64,000 nucleotides of DNA, taken from positions 375,256 to 439,255 of the forward strand of contig MU004245.1 in the NCBI GenBank assembly GCA_010405405.1, in the 5' to 3' direction. Position 1 is the stretch's first letter. Every line of letters starts with the position of its first letter. Shown here piece after piece: positions 37,591 to 49,553 of the stretch. A model generated the notes under the pieces. It worked only from the letters and a program-made list of their open reading frames with translations. It was not told where the DNA came from and ran no database searches. A program made the translations under genes and the position numbers. This stretch comes from Microthyrium microscopicum. Taxonomy: Eukaryota.

Positions 37591-40500
37591 TAATATTATT
37601 AATCTATATAATTTTACTATTAATACTAATTTCTTCTCTCTCTGCTCTATATTCTTATTTAATAACTAAATTGGCGTTAAATAAGATATATAATAATAAT
37701 AATAAAGGTAAGCCTTATAAAATACTAATACTTATATTTTATATTTCTATATAATAATTTAGGGTCTTAAGTTAAGCCTTATACTTAATTAAGAACTTAA
37801 AGATTTAACTTACCTAAATACTTCTTAGCTTACGCCTATGTAGATTATAAATTATATAGATATATAAGATGTAGTTAAAGGCTTTACTAATATTTAAAAA
37901 TAAGATTATCGTAGTAAATCCTTAATCCTAAGCTAGGTAGATATTCTTAATTAAATAATATAATATTTTATCTATACTCTAAGCCTTTTATCCCCTAAAA
38001 TAACTACGTAGCAAAATATCGTAAGTATTAAAAATATAATATAGCCTTGTAGCTATATATAATTCTATAAGCTTCCTAATTATATTTAGTAAGGTAATTA
38101 AGTAATAAGATTTTACTTATTTTAAATTATTCTTAATATTTTTTACTAGCTTATAAAGCGCGATAATAGTCACTTCTTTAAAGTACTAAGGATAATATTC
38201 TAAGTATATAAAAGCGTTAAATAAGCCTATATACGCTTATAAAAAAGAAACTCTAACTATATTAATATATCTATCTTTGTAGAAGAATACCTTTTTAAGA
38301 GCTTCTATAGCTACTCTATCTAACTTATATACTTTACTAGACTTTATATTCTTTACTGCTTAATATACTTTCTACTCTATAAAATTATAAAATTTAATAG
38401 GCTTAGAGTATCTTAATTCTAAGTAATTAATAATATCCTCTAAGTCTATAGTAAGTAGTAGTAAAAAAAATTTTACTAAAAGAACTCTACTTTTATTCTC
38501 TAGTATAATAGTAAAGCTATTACTATTTCTAAGTTAAATAATCTTAAAGGGATCTTTCCCTTTAACGTACTTTTTTAATAAACTTAATAGTTTCTAAGCA
38601 GAGACTTAATCCTTTAATAGCTTAGTAAATACTAGTTCTTATAATAGGTTCCTCTATTATTTTATAGTTTATTAACTCTAGTTCTTTAACTAGATTTAGC
38701 GCGCTTTCTAAGCTTTTTTTTAAAGATTCTTATAATAGCAGTTTTACTTTACTTTTTATAGTATTTATCTCTAATTATTAAGTACTATAATTATCTTAAG
38801 GAATATTTAATTATATTTTCCTCTAAAAAAGTATATCCTTAAAGGTAGAGTAGCTTTCTTAGTTACTTCTTAAATTACGTAAACTATATATAAGGTATAA
38901 TTATCTAAAGCTTTGCGTAAGTTTAGATTAACTAGCTTATTAAGATAGTCCTTAATATAACTCTAAAAGGCTTCCTTATTATACTTATTCTATTTTACTT
39001 ATAATATTTAATATTTACTTCTAATACTAATTTTAAGGATTATATATAATAGCTAATAGTTACTTACTACTTATAAAGCGTAATTATAAGAAAGGAAGTA
39101 TTAAAATCCCTAAGCCTAAAGTTATACTAATACTAGCAAAAAGTCTATTATAAAACTCCTCTAATTCTAGCGAGGTAAAATCTAAATCTTTATACTAACT
39201 AAGCTAAAATTAACTAATCTAAGAGAGAATATAAGATTAAGAACTAAGATATAGTATTAGCCTTAGGTGCCTATACTACTCTATAAGTTATAATAAATAT
39301 TAAAGTCTTTAACTATGTACGTAAGTCTCTATAGTACGTTAAGAAAGGCTTAGTAGACTACTAGTAGAATGTCTACTTCTTTTTAGCTAGCGTCTAGCGT
39401 ATCTTAATATATATTAGCAAAGTATACTAGATATTACTAAGTATTAATCTTTATTAAATACTAGTCTTTCTTATTATAAAGAATTTTCTAGTTCTTAATA
39501 TAGAGGTTATGGCTAATATACGTAGCTACTCTTAGTATAGGTATATAATTAGACTATACTAAGTAGTATCCCTTAAATGCCATAGTATAAGGAGCTACTC
39601 TATATTTATTAACCCATGGTTCCTAGATAGTAATTATATTAAACTTAAGTAGCTTGTTAGTTACTATAAAGTTCTTAAGCTATTGCTAGTTTAGGTAGGT
39701 CTTATTAGCATTATATTAAAGGATATTAAGACTAGAACTCTAGACGACTATAGGAGAGTTTACTAGAAGAGGTATATTTATCTAAGAAAGAACTTCATTA
39801 TACTAAGATATAATAATGCTTAGCGTAGGTAATAAAGACTACTACGTTGCTAAAGGTAACGCTACTTATAAGGATAGAGTCTAGAATAATGAGTCTATAC
39901 TTAGTTATTTAGGTGCTTAGTTAATTAGTAGACTTTACTTACCTTTTTACTAAGCTCTACTAAGGCTTTATCTTCTTTACTTGTTATATTCTTATTACTA
40001 TCTAAGGAGGGTTTATCTAGGTCCTAATTACTAAGTTCTATAGGTAGTGCTATTAACTTAATTAGACTAGCGTAAAAGACTATAACCTTATAGTCCTTCT
40101 TAGCCTTCTCGTTTTTAATACTCTTATAGATAACTTTAGCTTCGTAAATAGTAAGGGACTTAGCTTAAGCCTATTCTTCTTTCTTTGCTAACCTAGCTTC
40201 TTTCTCTTCTACTAGACGATCTACCTTTTCTTAGTTAAGAGCTTCTTAATCTATTATCTTCTACGTCTTTATACGTTTATAACGTTTATTATTCTTACTT
40301 AAGTTAATACCTTTAGGTTCTTTACGTTTTAAAGTAGTAGACTAGATTTCATTAGAGTATAGTAAGGTTAGTATATATAGTACTTATTCTAGCTAGGTTG
40401 GTTAGATCTTTCTTAGGCGTCCTAGTCTATATTTCTAAGAATTACTAGCATTATTAGATTTATCTAAGGTAGATGCCCCTTTGCTTTTCTTTTTATAATT

Positions 40501-42810
40501 ACTATTTACTCTGTTAGCATTAGAGTTAGTTACCTTTCTCTTATTCTTTTTACTACTTATAGATTTAGAGTTACTAGATAAGGAATTCTTATAGATTTAA
40601 GGGTTTTTTAGACTTAGATATTTAGTAAAGAGGAATACCTTACGTGCTATAATCTTTTTTACTTCTTAATTAAGTTTGTAGAGCTTAGCTCTATTAACTT
40701 TAATTTAGGTAGTAGTAAAAATAACTAGGTCCTAGTCCTTTTATTCTTAGTCTTAGCTTAACGTAATATTATATCTATTACTTAGTAGCGTATAAGTTTA
40801 AGACGCGTTATTTATATTTTCCTTTCTTTTTATAAACGTATAGTCTTTAGCGTTTTTTAATAAAGAAGAATTTTTATCTTCTTCGTCTATTAGCTTATTA
40901 GCAAGTTTAGTCTTACTCTTAGACTATACTTTAGTAATTTAAAGTATTAATGTTGCCTATTAGTTAGTTTAGAGGTTTAGTAGACGCTCTAAGTCTTCTA
41001 GATTCTCTTATATACTACTTAAGTTCCTACGTATTAGCTAAAATAAGGTATTATTATCTAGATACTTATAAGGCTTATTCTTAACTCTTTTTGCTAAAGC
41101 TTTAATTGCCTTAATTTTCTTTATATAAGTATTATTATTAGACTAATAGATAATAAAGTTGTATATTATATATAAAGTAACTTTATAGGTATATACTTAT
41201 ATATTATAGTTACTTATATACTTATTATATATAGTTAGGCGCTAGTAATAAAGTCTATAGTAATAGAATTATTAGTAGTTATAGTATATCTTAGCTTTAA
41301 AGTTATTAATATAGAATTTAGCTCTTTTAGGAGCTCTCTAAACTTAGAATGTACCTTTAAGTATATAGTTAATATTTAAGGGGTTACTAAAGGCTATAAT
41401 TATAGAAGAATAAGGTTTATCTTTTTTCTTTATATTTAGCTAACGTAACTAGTAGACGTAATTAAAGGAGTCTATGTAAGGATTTTATTTAAAGATAGAA
41501 GTAGTAATTACGGTAAGGTCCCTAAGGACCTTATCTAGTTAATTAAGGAAGATATTATAGATAATAACGAAATAGATTTATATATTAAACTTAGCTCTTT
41601 TAAATACTAGTAGCTAGAGGTATTATGTTCTATTAGCTCTTGCTAAGTCTATAAAGGTATTAAACTTAAGTTTAATGTTGCCTTTATGTTTTTAAGTAAC
41701 TATATAAAGGCTAATAAGGTCTTAGTTAACCTTTATAAGCTTTTTATAAACTAAGTCGTAGAGGAAGCCTTATCTAGAAGTCTCTCTATATTTATTAGCG
41801 TTAGATAATTTTATAAATTTAAGGGTTATAAGAGGATTAACCCTCTTCTTACTATTAGATTAGTAAAGGCTATAGAAGGGTTTATTAGTATTTATTAGTT
41901 ATTATTCTAGGGGTCTAATACTAGCTACTTATATAGTGAGTTAATTAACTTAGTTTAAGATATTATTAAGCTTTTACTTATTACATAGCATTATTTAGAG
42001 GAATTTATATTGCTTATTCTTATGCTATTAAATTTTAGTTTATAAGAGTATATTAAACTCTTAGTAAAGTTTATTTAAGGTATGTAGTTTAGCATTATTA
42101 GTAAAGAAGAGTTTAGCTATTTTAGTAATTCTAATCACATTATTAATTATGCTACTAGTTTTATTAAAAGAGGGTTTAGCACTAGATGCTATGATTATTT
42201 ATCTAGTTGCTATTACTTAAGACTTAAAAGCTCTAAGGTAGTTTATTATTTCTATATCTATAGTATTATTAGGCTATGCTTTTACTCTTTAGTCTTAATC
42301 TTTACTTTACTAGCTAGGCTAGGGGGTAGAGTTTAAGATAGAGATTATTTTAACTTATTTAGCTATTTATTACTTAAATAATATGCTTATTTTAAGTATT
42401 AGATAGAGTATAGCTCTTCTTTTAAGGATATAAAGATAAATATAGAGTATATAGGTATAAGTTAAGTTATTATAATAGGGAAATTAGGGGATTTTGGGGA
42501 AAGGTATATACTTATAACCTTCTAAGGACGCGTCTAGATAAATAACGCGTAATATCTTAATAGCGCCTTAAGTTTTTAAAAATTAGAGAACGTAGAGAGT
42601 GATAGCTTAGTTAGCTAGATCTTTTAATGCAATAAAGTATTTGAGATTTTAAAAATTTGGATGATGTGTAGAATGTTGTTTTTTCATATATGTCTTCCTA
42701 AGTTGGGTTGCGATCTGTACTTCCAAGGTACAAGTATATCATTGAATTTGATCTCCAGTCCACACGCGTGATAATTTATCCTCTCACTCTCAGTCCTTCG
42801 GAAAGCTCCA

Positions 42811-44293
42811 ATGGCTACCTTCTTAGACCTTGAAACGACAATTTACGCTGGAGAGCCAGAGGACCATTGCTTTCCTGTTGTCGATGACAATATTGCCCAG
42901 GTCAGTTAGAGCTTGGGCTTTTAGGTAGCATTCTGAAGACTCACTAGATATTGAGGGCGAGACCAGTGAAGCACCAAACGGCTCCAGTAAATACAGGATA
43001 AAGCAATCTGTGGAAGACTCGATCGATTCAGTCTCCAGCGAGAAGACTGAAGCGGGCGAACGTACATATGCGGAATTCCGGAAAGGAAGTACGTGGTTTA
43101 AGTTTTGCTTGACAATTATGAATTTTTACCTCAACTGAAGTTAACGCCTAGTCTAGAATACCCCTTGCCAAATGATCTTGTAAGTCAATTGCTCATGCAG
43201 CTGGACTTCAAGAACTAACCATCATGTTGAATAGAAAGAACAACAAAGACTCAGTTTGTGTCAACCTTTTACACTTCAAGCCATTGTTATTGAATAAGAA
43301 CAGATCTTCAGCACGAGCTATTTCGAATTACTCTCGAAGGAAGAATGTTCCTTGCACCCATAACAAACCCCTCGAGTGCTCTTGATGTTGCTGCAGGTCT
43401 GTTTCTCCTCTATCAGCTCAATGTTTGCATATGGCATATCCAACCATAGTAGCTGACTCTCACTAGGTACCGGAGTTTGGGCGATCGAATTTGGTAAATA
43501 CTCTACTGAAGTGATTCTCCATAGCAATCATGAGTTGACGTGCCATTCCAGCAAATCTCTTTCCATCAACACAAGTTCTTGGAACCGATTTGAGCGCCAT
43601 TCAACCCAAAGAGTACTTCAACGCTACCGATCAATCCCGTCAGAACACTGACCTTTTCAGACTTCCTAAAAACTGCCACTTCGAACTCCACGATGCCGAA
43701 GAAGACTGGAACTTCCCCGAGAAGTTCGACTATATTCACGGCCGCGCCCTTCTATCCTGCTTCACCGACCCAGCCGCTGTCCTGAAACGTGCTTACGATT
43801 CCCTTACCCCCGGCGGCTATCTCGAGCTTCACGATGGCAAATTTCCCTTCCAATATATTGGTGAGCCGCCCAAGGACTCAGCGATGTACAAATGGAACGA
43901 GACAGTCATGGCAGGTGCAGCTAAAGCTGGGCGACCATGGACAGGTACTCCAAATTATAAACGGTGGATGGAGGAGCTTGGCTTTGAAGATGTGGTGGAA
44001 AAGCTGTATTACTGGCCGACAAGTGGTTGGGCAAAGGGAGAGTATTATAAGGCGTTGGCAGCGTATTGGCAGGTGAACTTGGTGGGTGGCTTGGAAGGGA
44101 TTAGTATGAAAGTTATGACGGGCTTAGGGTGGAAGGAGGATGATGTGAGAATTTTCTTAGAGGAGGTCAGGAAGGATGTTAAGGATACGTCTATTCATGC
44201 ATATTTGCAGATGTAAGTTCTTTTGATATGTTTGTTGTTTGGAGACACTAATTATATTTTAGTCATGTTGTATACGGCAGGAAACCAAGTTAA
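42811..44293 (+). CDS. SAM-dependent methyltransferase, LaeA/Tam-like family, multi-intron
   Basis: YPLPND, DLQHELF, LDVAA|GTGVWAIEF, GTDLSAIQP, NCHFELHDAEEDWNF, FDYIHGR, LTPGGYLE and HVVYGRKPS*. About eight short introns. Confidence 0.85.
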
Positions 44294-44701
44294 ATATCCG
44301 TTGCATAGAATGCACCTGGGCAAAGTACAGGAAGTTTTTAAGAGATTCGATAAAACGATGAGGCGATCTTTTCGAAGAACCGGATTGGTGAGTCAATATG
44401 GAATGAGCCTAGAAGCATGGTGATATGCTTAGGAGTATAAGTGCTATGATCTGGAGTACTACTCTAAATCTGAGTGATTTCATTTGTGTAGAGAAACCAG
44501 GACGCAAGGCAGACTCCAGAATGATAAAAACACGCAGCATGAATCGCTCTTAATTAGACCCGGGGTCAGCCCGGTTACTGCAGTGAATCAATTGAATCCA
44601 ACAAAAGACCCAAGTAGATTACATGTAAAGTAGGTAGTCCACTTTGCAGGAAGTCTACCTAAATCCTTCAATCCTCACACACCAGACATTCAGAAGAAAC
44701 C

Positions 44702-46963
44702 ATGAGCTCTCCAAAGCTTAATAGCGCTCTACAATCAACGCCCAGTTCACTGTCCAGCTTACCTATTGGTAGCTCCATTTGCCAAAACTGCTCAAATCTG
44801 GACGCTCAACAAGCTCTTCGTTACTCAAAAAAGGTAGCTTTCACCGTCCCTCAGGCAGTTGGATCATCAATACCCACGGAAGTGGTCCTCAATGTATCGA
44901 ATTACGCAGAATACAAACAATCACGCGACGCAGGCTGCAAATTTTGCAAACTGATCTGTAGCGCATGTCGCTTATTCAAACTGGACTCAAAGGACCATTA
45001 TTTGAGCATCAGCTTGAGGAGCGACAGAGCCCCTTTGATTGCGTGTCAATTCCAGGGGTTTGAAAAGATTCAGAGATGCTTCATTTTTGGGGCAAAGCCC
45101 AGCGAGTGGATCTGCAATGTGTTCCCACCCATGGACATACTACCGGCGCGACCTGCATCTGACGAATCATTCGACTTCTTGAAGAGTCAACTGAACGAGT
45201 GTGTACGTCAGCATCCGGAATGTACGAACAGAGAAGAATCGAGAGCCCCTAAAAGGCTTCTTTACGTGGGATCAATAGATGAACCTCCCCACCTGTTGAG
45301 ATCAGATTCGCATTCTCGGAAGCGATATGCTGCGCTCAGCTATTGCTGGGGTGGAGATCAAGCACTCAAGCTTACGAAACATACAGAGAAGGCCCTGAGT
45401 AACTCTATATCTTGGGATGATCTTCCTGTTCTACTCCGAGATGCGATTGTGGTTTGTCGGAGACTGCAGATTGACTACCTGTGGATAGATTCGCTATGTA
45501 TTACGCAAGGTGATGACGAAAGAGAGGAATGGAGAAATGAAGCTGTACATATGGCTGATATATACGGCAATGCTTTCGTGACTCTATTCTCAGCATCTTG
45601 TTCTAGCCCTCGAGAGTCATTCTTGCAGTTTGAGGGAGACTTTACTAGAAAGACTTTGGTGCTCGAGCGGGACGCATCTGGGGCACCGATGACGGGTATG
45701 TTTTCAGTGGTGGTCCAGACTTCCTATGGCAGACCCTGTAACACGATAGTGACTAACGATATCTTAGTGGCTCGTCGAAGTCATCCCAAGGGTTTGCATA
45801 CAAATATTCATTCTGAAAATAGTTTGGATCCACTGGAAGAGCGAGCTTGGGCGTTTCAAGAATTCCATCTCTCTCCGCGAGTAATTGCTTACACATCGAA
45901 CGAGATACAGTGGCATTGTCAAAGGCTAAACGCTTGTGAGCCTGGCTGTGCTGAGACAGTTTTCGAAACGGTCTCCATACAAGAATATGATGACGAGAAT
46001 AGGATGTTTTTGAGAAATCATTTGGCCCTCACTGCGCAAACACTTGATACCACCGAATTGTTCAGAATGTGGCATAGGCTAGTGGAGCGATACTCAAAGT
46101 GTCAGTTGACCTTTCCTGGCGATAGACTGGTCGCTTTGGCTGGTCTAACATCAAAATTTCACAGTCGGTCGAAATCAGAATACATCGCTGGTTTATGGAA
46201 AGACAATCTCATCGAGGACTTATTATGGGAGAACCATTTTTCGAATATGCCTAGGCCGGTGCTGCAGCAATATATCGCGCCAACGTTTTGCTGGCCTTCC
46301 GTACAGACCTCAGTTTTGTTCCAAAGGAAGTATAGAATGAAGTCCTATGTGACAATCGAAGCCATAGAATGTTTCCAGAGGACAGCAGGATCTGACAATG
46401 AAGTGTTTGGCGAAATCACAGGAGGATATCTGAGAGTAACCGGGCACCTTTTTCGTGCGATCTTGGAGCTGGAGCAGAAGCCAGAATCGACTGGTAGGAG
46501 CCATCAAGTGCGAATAGACATCCCAGAGTCTCCCTTCTCTGGGAAAAGAATGTATATGACCACAGACGCAGACTTGGAGAACACGAAGGTAGTCGTGGAT
46601 TCTGGAGAAATGATAGCCACGGCCAGACGCCGCGGCGTAGCTACCACCTCGAACGAGGATTTCTTGCCGTGCGAGGTGTGGTGTCTAAGGCTAGCAGGCG
46701 GTAAAGAACTAGATGATGATCAAGATCTCGGTCTTGACAATGTTACCCAGGAATTCCACTTGTTGCTTGTGGCCTCATCCACCGGAAAAGGCTGTTACGA
46801 GAGAATTGGCACGGCCCGTCATGGGTTTATGGATACCTGGGAAGCTCAATTCGCAGAGATTAAGGCGAAGCCGACTTCACACCATACTCTGTTCTCCGTG
46901 GATCGTGCAGGGCTGAGAGAATACCTGGCAACATATCCCAAGACAACGGTCACAATATTGTAA
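44702..46963 (+). CDS. Heterokaryon incompatibility (HET) domain protein
   Basis: Intronless 753 aa ORF with YAALSYCWG, YLWIDSLCITQ, MADIYGNA, PLEERAWAFQE, DRLVALAGL, YIAGLW and YERIG. N-terminal CxxC...GCxxC. Confidence 0.92.
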   Translation: MSSPKLNSALQSTPSSLSSLPIGSSICQNCSNLDAQQALRYSKKVAFTVPQAVGSSIPTEVVLNVSNYAEYKQSRDAGCKFCKLICSACRLFKLDSKDHYLSISLRSDRAPLIACQFQGFEKIQRCFIFGAKPSEWICNVFPPMDILPARPASDESFDFLKSQLNECVRQHPECTNREESRAPKRLLYVGSIDEPPHLLRSDSHSRKRYAALSYCWGGDQALKLTKHTEKALSNSISWDDLPVLLRDAIVVCRRLQIDYLWIDSLCITQGDDEREEWRNEAVHMADIYGNAFVTLFSASCSSPRESFLQFEGDFTRKTLVLERDASGAPMTGMFSVVVQTSYGRPCNTIVTNDILVARRSHPKGLHTNIHSENSLDPLEERAWAFQEFHLSPRVIAYTSNEIQWHCQRLNACEPGCAETVFETVSIQEYDDENRMFLRNHLALTAQTLDTTELFRMWHRLVERYSKCQLTFPGDRLVALAGLTSKFHSRSKSEYIAGLWKDNLIEDLLWENHFSNMPRPVLQQYIAPTFCWPSVQTSVLFQRKYRMKSYVTIEAIECFQRTAGSDNEVFGEITGGYLRVTGHLFRAILELEQKPESTGRSHQVRIDIPESPFSGKRMYMTTDADLENTKVVVDSGEMIATARRRGVATTSNEDFLPCEVWCLRLAGGKELDDDQDLGLDNVTQEFHLLLVASSTGKGCYERIGTARHGFMDTWEAQFAEIKAKPTSHHTLFSVDRAGLREYLATYPKTTVTIL

Positions 46964-49553
46964 GGAGCGCGGTTGACTGCCTGAGCCAATGCAATGGGCT
47001 TGATGACAATCCTGGTACCATAACTCTCCAGGCGCTCGTCCGATAGACAAAATGCCTGGCGTGCTCCCATCAGCTTTGCTGGCTCCGGTCTGCTGCTACA
47101 ATCCATTATCAAAAGCTTGGGTCCCTAGTAGCGGTGTTCAACTTTCAACGATTTGGGCACTGTGATAGGAGAAACAGCATCATTCGTTAGAGGCCCTGAT
47201 GGCAGCCATCGTCGCTGACAGTAGCATGCCATTCAATCTGTCGACTCGTCTGGCCTCTGGCGCAAGTAATAGGTCGAGTCGTGGCCAGGAACTTCGTGAT
47301 AGAATTCAAAAAAACAGTCATTATCTTCGGTGCAGGGCGCTCTAGCTCAAACTTCAAGCCCGAGACATTCCACGAGCTATCACGCTGAAGAGGAGTGGGT
47401 GGATGAACAGATACTGCAAACAACAGACCGTTGCTGCAAAATTCGCATCATCCTTCCCATCTACAAAAGAACTCACCAGCATCCAATCACCTCGTCCATA
47501 CGCGCCCAACAACATGACCATCCACAGCTCTTACGTTTCGCCAACTGGTTACTGCATGATGCATCATCACACGGCGAAGTGACCCCAGAATGTGGCGCAC
47601 TTCAACGCCCAGCCTAAGCGAAGTCTACAAAGCCAGCACTCTCACCACCAAGCAAGCATATCATGGGGTACAATCATGGCGCAACGAGGGGTATGATGTA
47701 TGAAAATTTGTTGTTATGGCATGATATCATCCAGATATGCATTTGCACCGCCACAGATGCAGTTGAGTCGGCGCGTCCGATTGGGCAATTGGCGCTGTAT
47801 CGGAAGCTGCACTGGAGCCGCAACCACGTTTTTTCCCATCGGATACAATTCCGGGATTGTGGAGAAGCTGAGCTCGCGTGCTGGTTGCTTTTGCTGTAGA
47901 TACCTTTTTAGCGAGTGTTTAATTGGCTTTATGATGTGATTCTCGTGGTGTTGATGCAGGAACTGTAGGTGTTAGGTGACGGCAATGGGAGCTGTATTTG
48001 GTAGGGCTGAGGATGTATGCGGGTATTGGGATTGTCTTGGTTTTCGCAGAACAGGAAAGAACTGAAGATGAAGAGTTGCGATCCATATGTTACTACTGGA
48101 TAATCCTGAAACTTTTGAGTTTGTCGTTGACTTTAATTGTTGTAGTTGCTCAAGTCATTCTCCCGATTCTCCAAGAAATCGATCGGGATTGAAGGATAAA
48201 ACCCGGAGATTAGACATCAAAAGGCCCGTGCGCAATATCAGATCAGATAATTTGTTGTGTGGGGGTCGGACCCTCCCGAGCTTTTGATGCAGAAGAGTTT
48301 TCACTCAAAGCATCATGAATGGAACATGGACGTTAGGAAGCATCATTATATGCAGAGTCAAGGCGATGCCGAAATTGAGAGATAGCCTCTGCCTGCTCTG
48401 TAGTCGCAAGAACTGCAGATTTGGTCACTGTTGCGATTGATTTAGAGTATAGCACGAAGTAGTAAAGTACATTGTACGTCCTACATAGTATGTATAAGTA
48501 TGTATTACAATGTTAGAATCTACAGACAACTACTAATAAAAAATGCAGTGATTGTATGAATTCTGTACTACTTCAGAAATACTCGTAGCCTTGTTCTAAC
48601 TCAAGCTTTATTGATACATACACATGCTTTTGAGCACCACACTTGTGTATAAACTTAGCCAAGAGATATTACAATTAAATCGTCATTTGATAGATCTTGT
48701 ACATGGAACCCCAGAAAAATGACACTTGAATCTGCATGAGTTGAAGCACCGCCACATATGCATGTCGGCGGAAAAGTGTCAAGCCTCACAACAACAGATC
48801 AGATCTCACCTGCACATTTTGATGTTGTTCCCAGCCACTAAACCTCATTCGCCCAATATAGTCGCAGAAAACCGTGATGGATCTTTATCCGACCTCTCCT
48901 TTGGCCGTTTCGTTGGTGTTGACAAGCTTCTTGCCTCTCCCTATATCAGGCCGGCCATCCGTCTGCTTCAAATCGCGTCCATTAGAGCAGCATACCAATG
49001 CGCTTCGATTCTTCACAACAATAATGCATTCAGCTCTTGTCATCAACATCGAAATATACGGGTGATTTGTCACCACGGCTTGCTGTCATCGGCTATTTTT
49101 ACAACATACACTGACCGGAGGACCTTCCTTCACTACTACCCCGCGTTTGCTGTTGCTACATACTTTTGCAGCTGGCAGGCCGCACAGTTAACTGCATCTC
49201 GCTCTTTCAGTCACTATTCGTGAACCTGTCTGCTTGAAATTGGTGCTAACCGAACGCTTGACATTCTGGGTCAAGGGACTTACCGGCAGCAACTGGCCCA
49301 CCTGCTTAACTTCAAGCTTTTTAGTAGCTTTTTGGAACCAGACCTCCATCCATCGCGCGCGGCTCTCACCCAGCCTAGCATACCTCGACCCACAAATCAT
49401 CTCTCTCGCAACCGCAACCGCCCTACCTAGACTGCCGCCTTCCTCCATCCTACTACTCCGCCAAATTTCGGGCAATCTCTTGGCTTATAGCTTTCTACTT
49501 TTCTTCTCCAGAATCGTACCCTCGCAATCCACCGCTTCACCTTCATCTTATCC

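Larger units (their letters stand above)
27298..42686 (-). mobile_element. Full-length LINE (Tad1-like: APE + RT + RNase H), about 7.7 kb, heavily RIP-mutated and interrupted by a Gypsy element
   Basis: TSD ATGTCTTCCTA at 27287-27297 and 42690-42700; (CAAA)n tail at 27298-27318. Minus-strand motifs restored by reversing transitions: APE IITI*EPW (~39610-39640) and IVKDFNIYYNL* = GDFN.HH..W (~39280-39315); RT SIL*GLPLLLLLYILFNANL = GIPQGSPLSP (~37670-37730), *INN = WIDD (~37600) and ILKVYLDNYLN* (~29680-29705); RNase H FINS = FTDGS (~29050), VYNIKA = V..AE, and *ILRYKNIKGNNYINLLIK = WIPGH...GN..AD..AK (~28645-28700). A Cys/His-like ORF1 region is near 41170-41290. Confidence 0.85.

Noticed and set aside
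27298..42686. Possible Starship-type giant element
   Set aside because: No tyrosine-recombinase captain or cargo genes; the block is explained by a LINE plus a Gypsy element.
47000..49500. Several 60-165 aa ORFs between HET and MCA1
   Set aside because: They overlap on both strands, mostly lack ATG starts and show no family motifs; probably intergenic or UTR.
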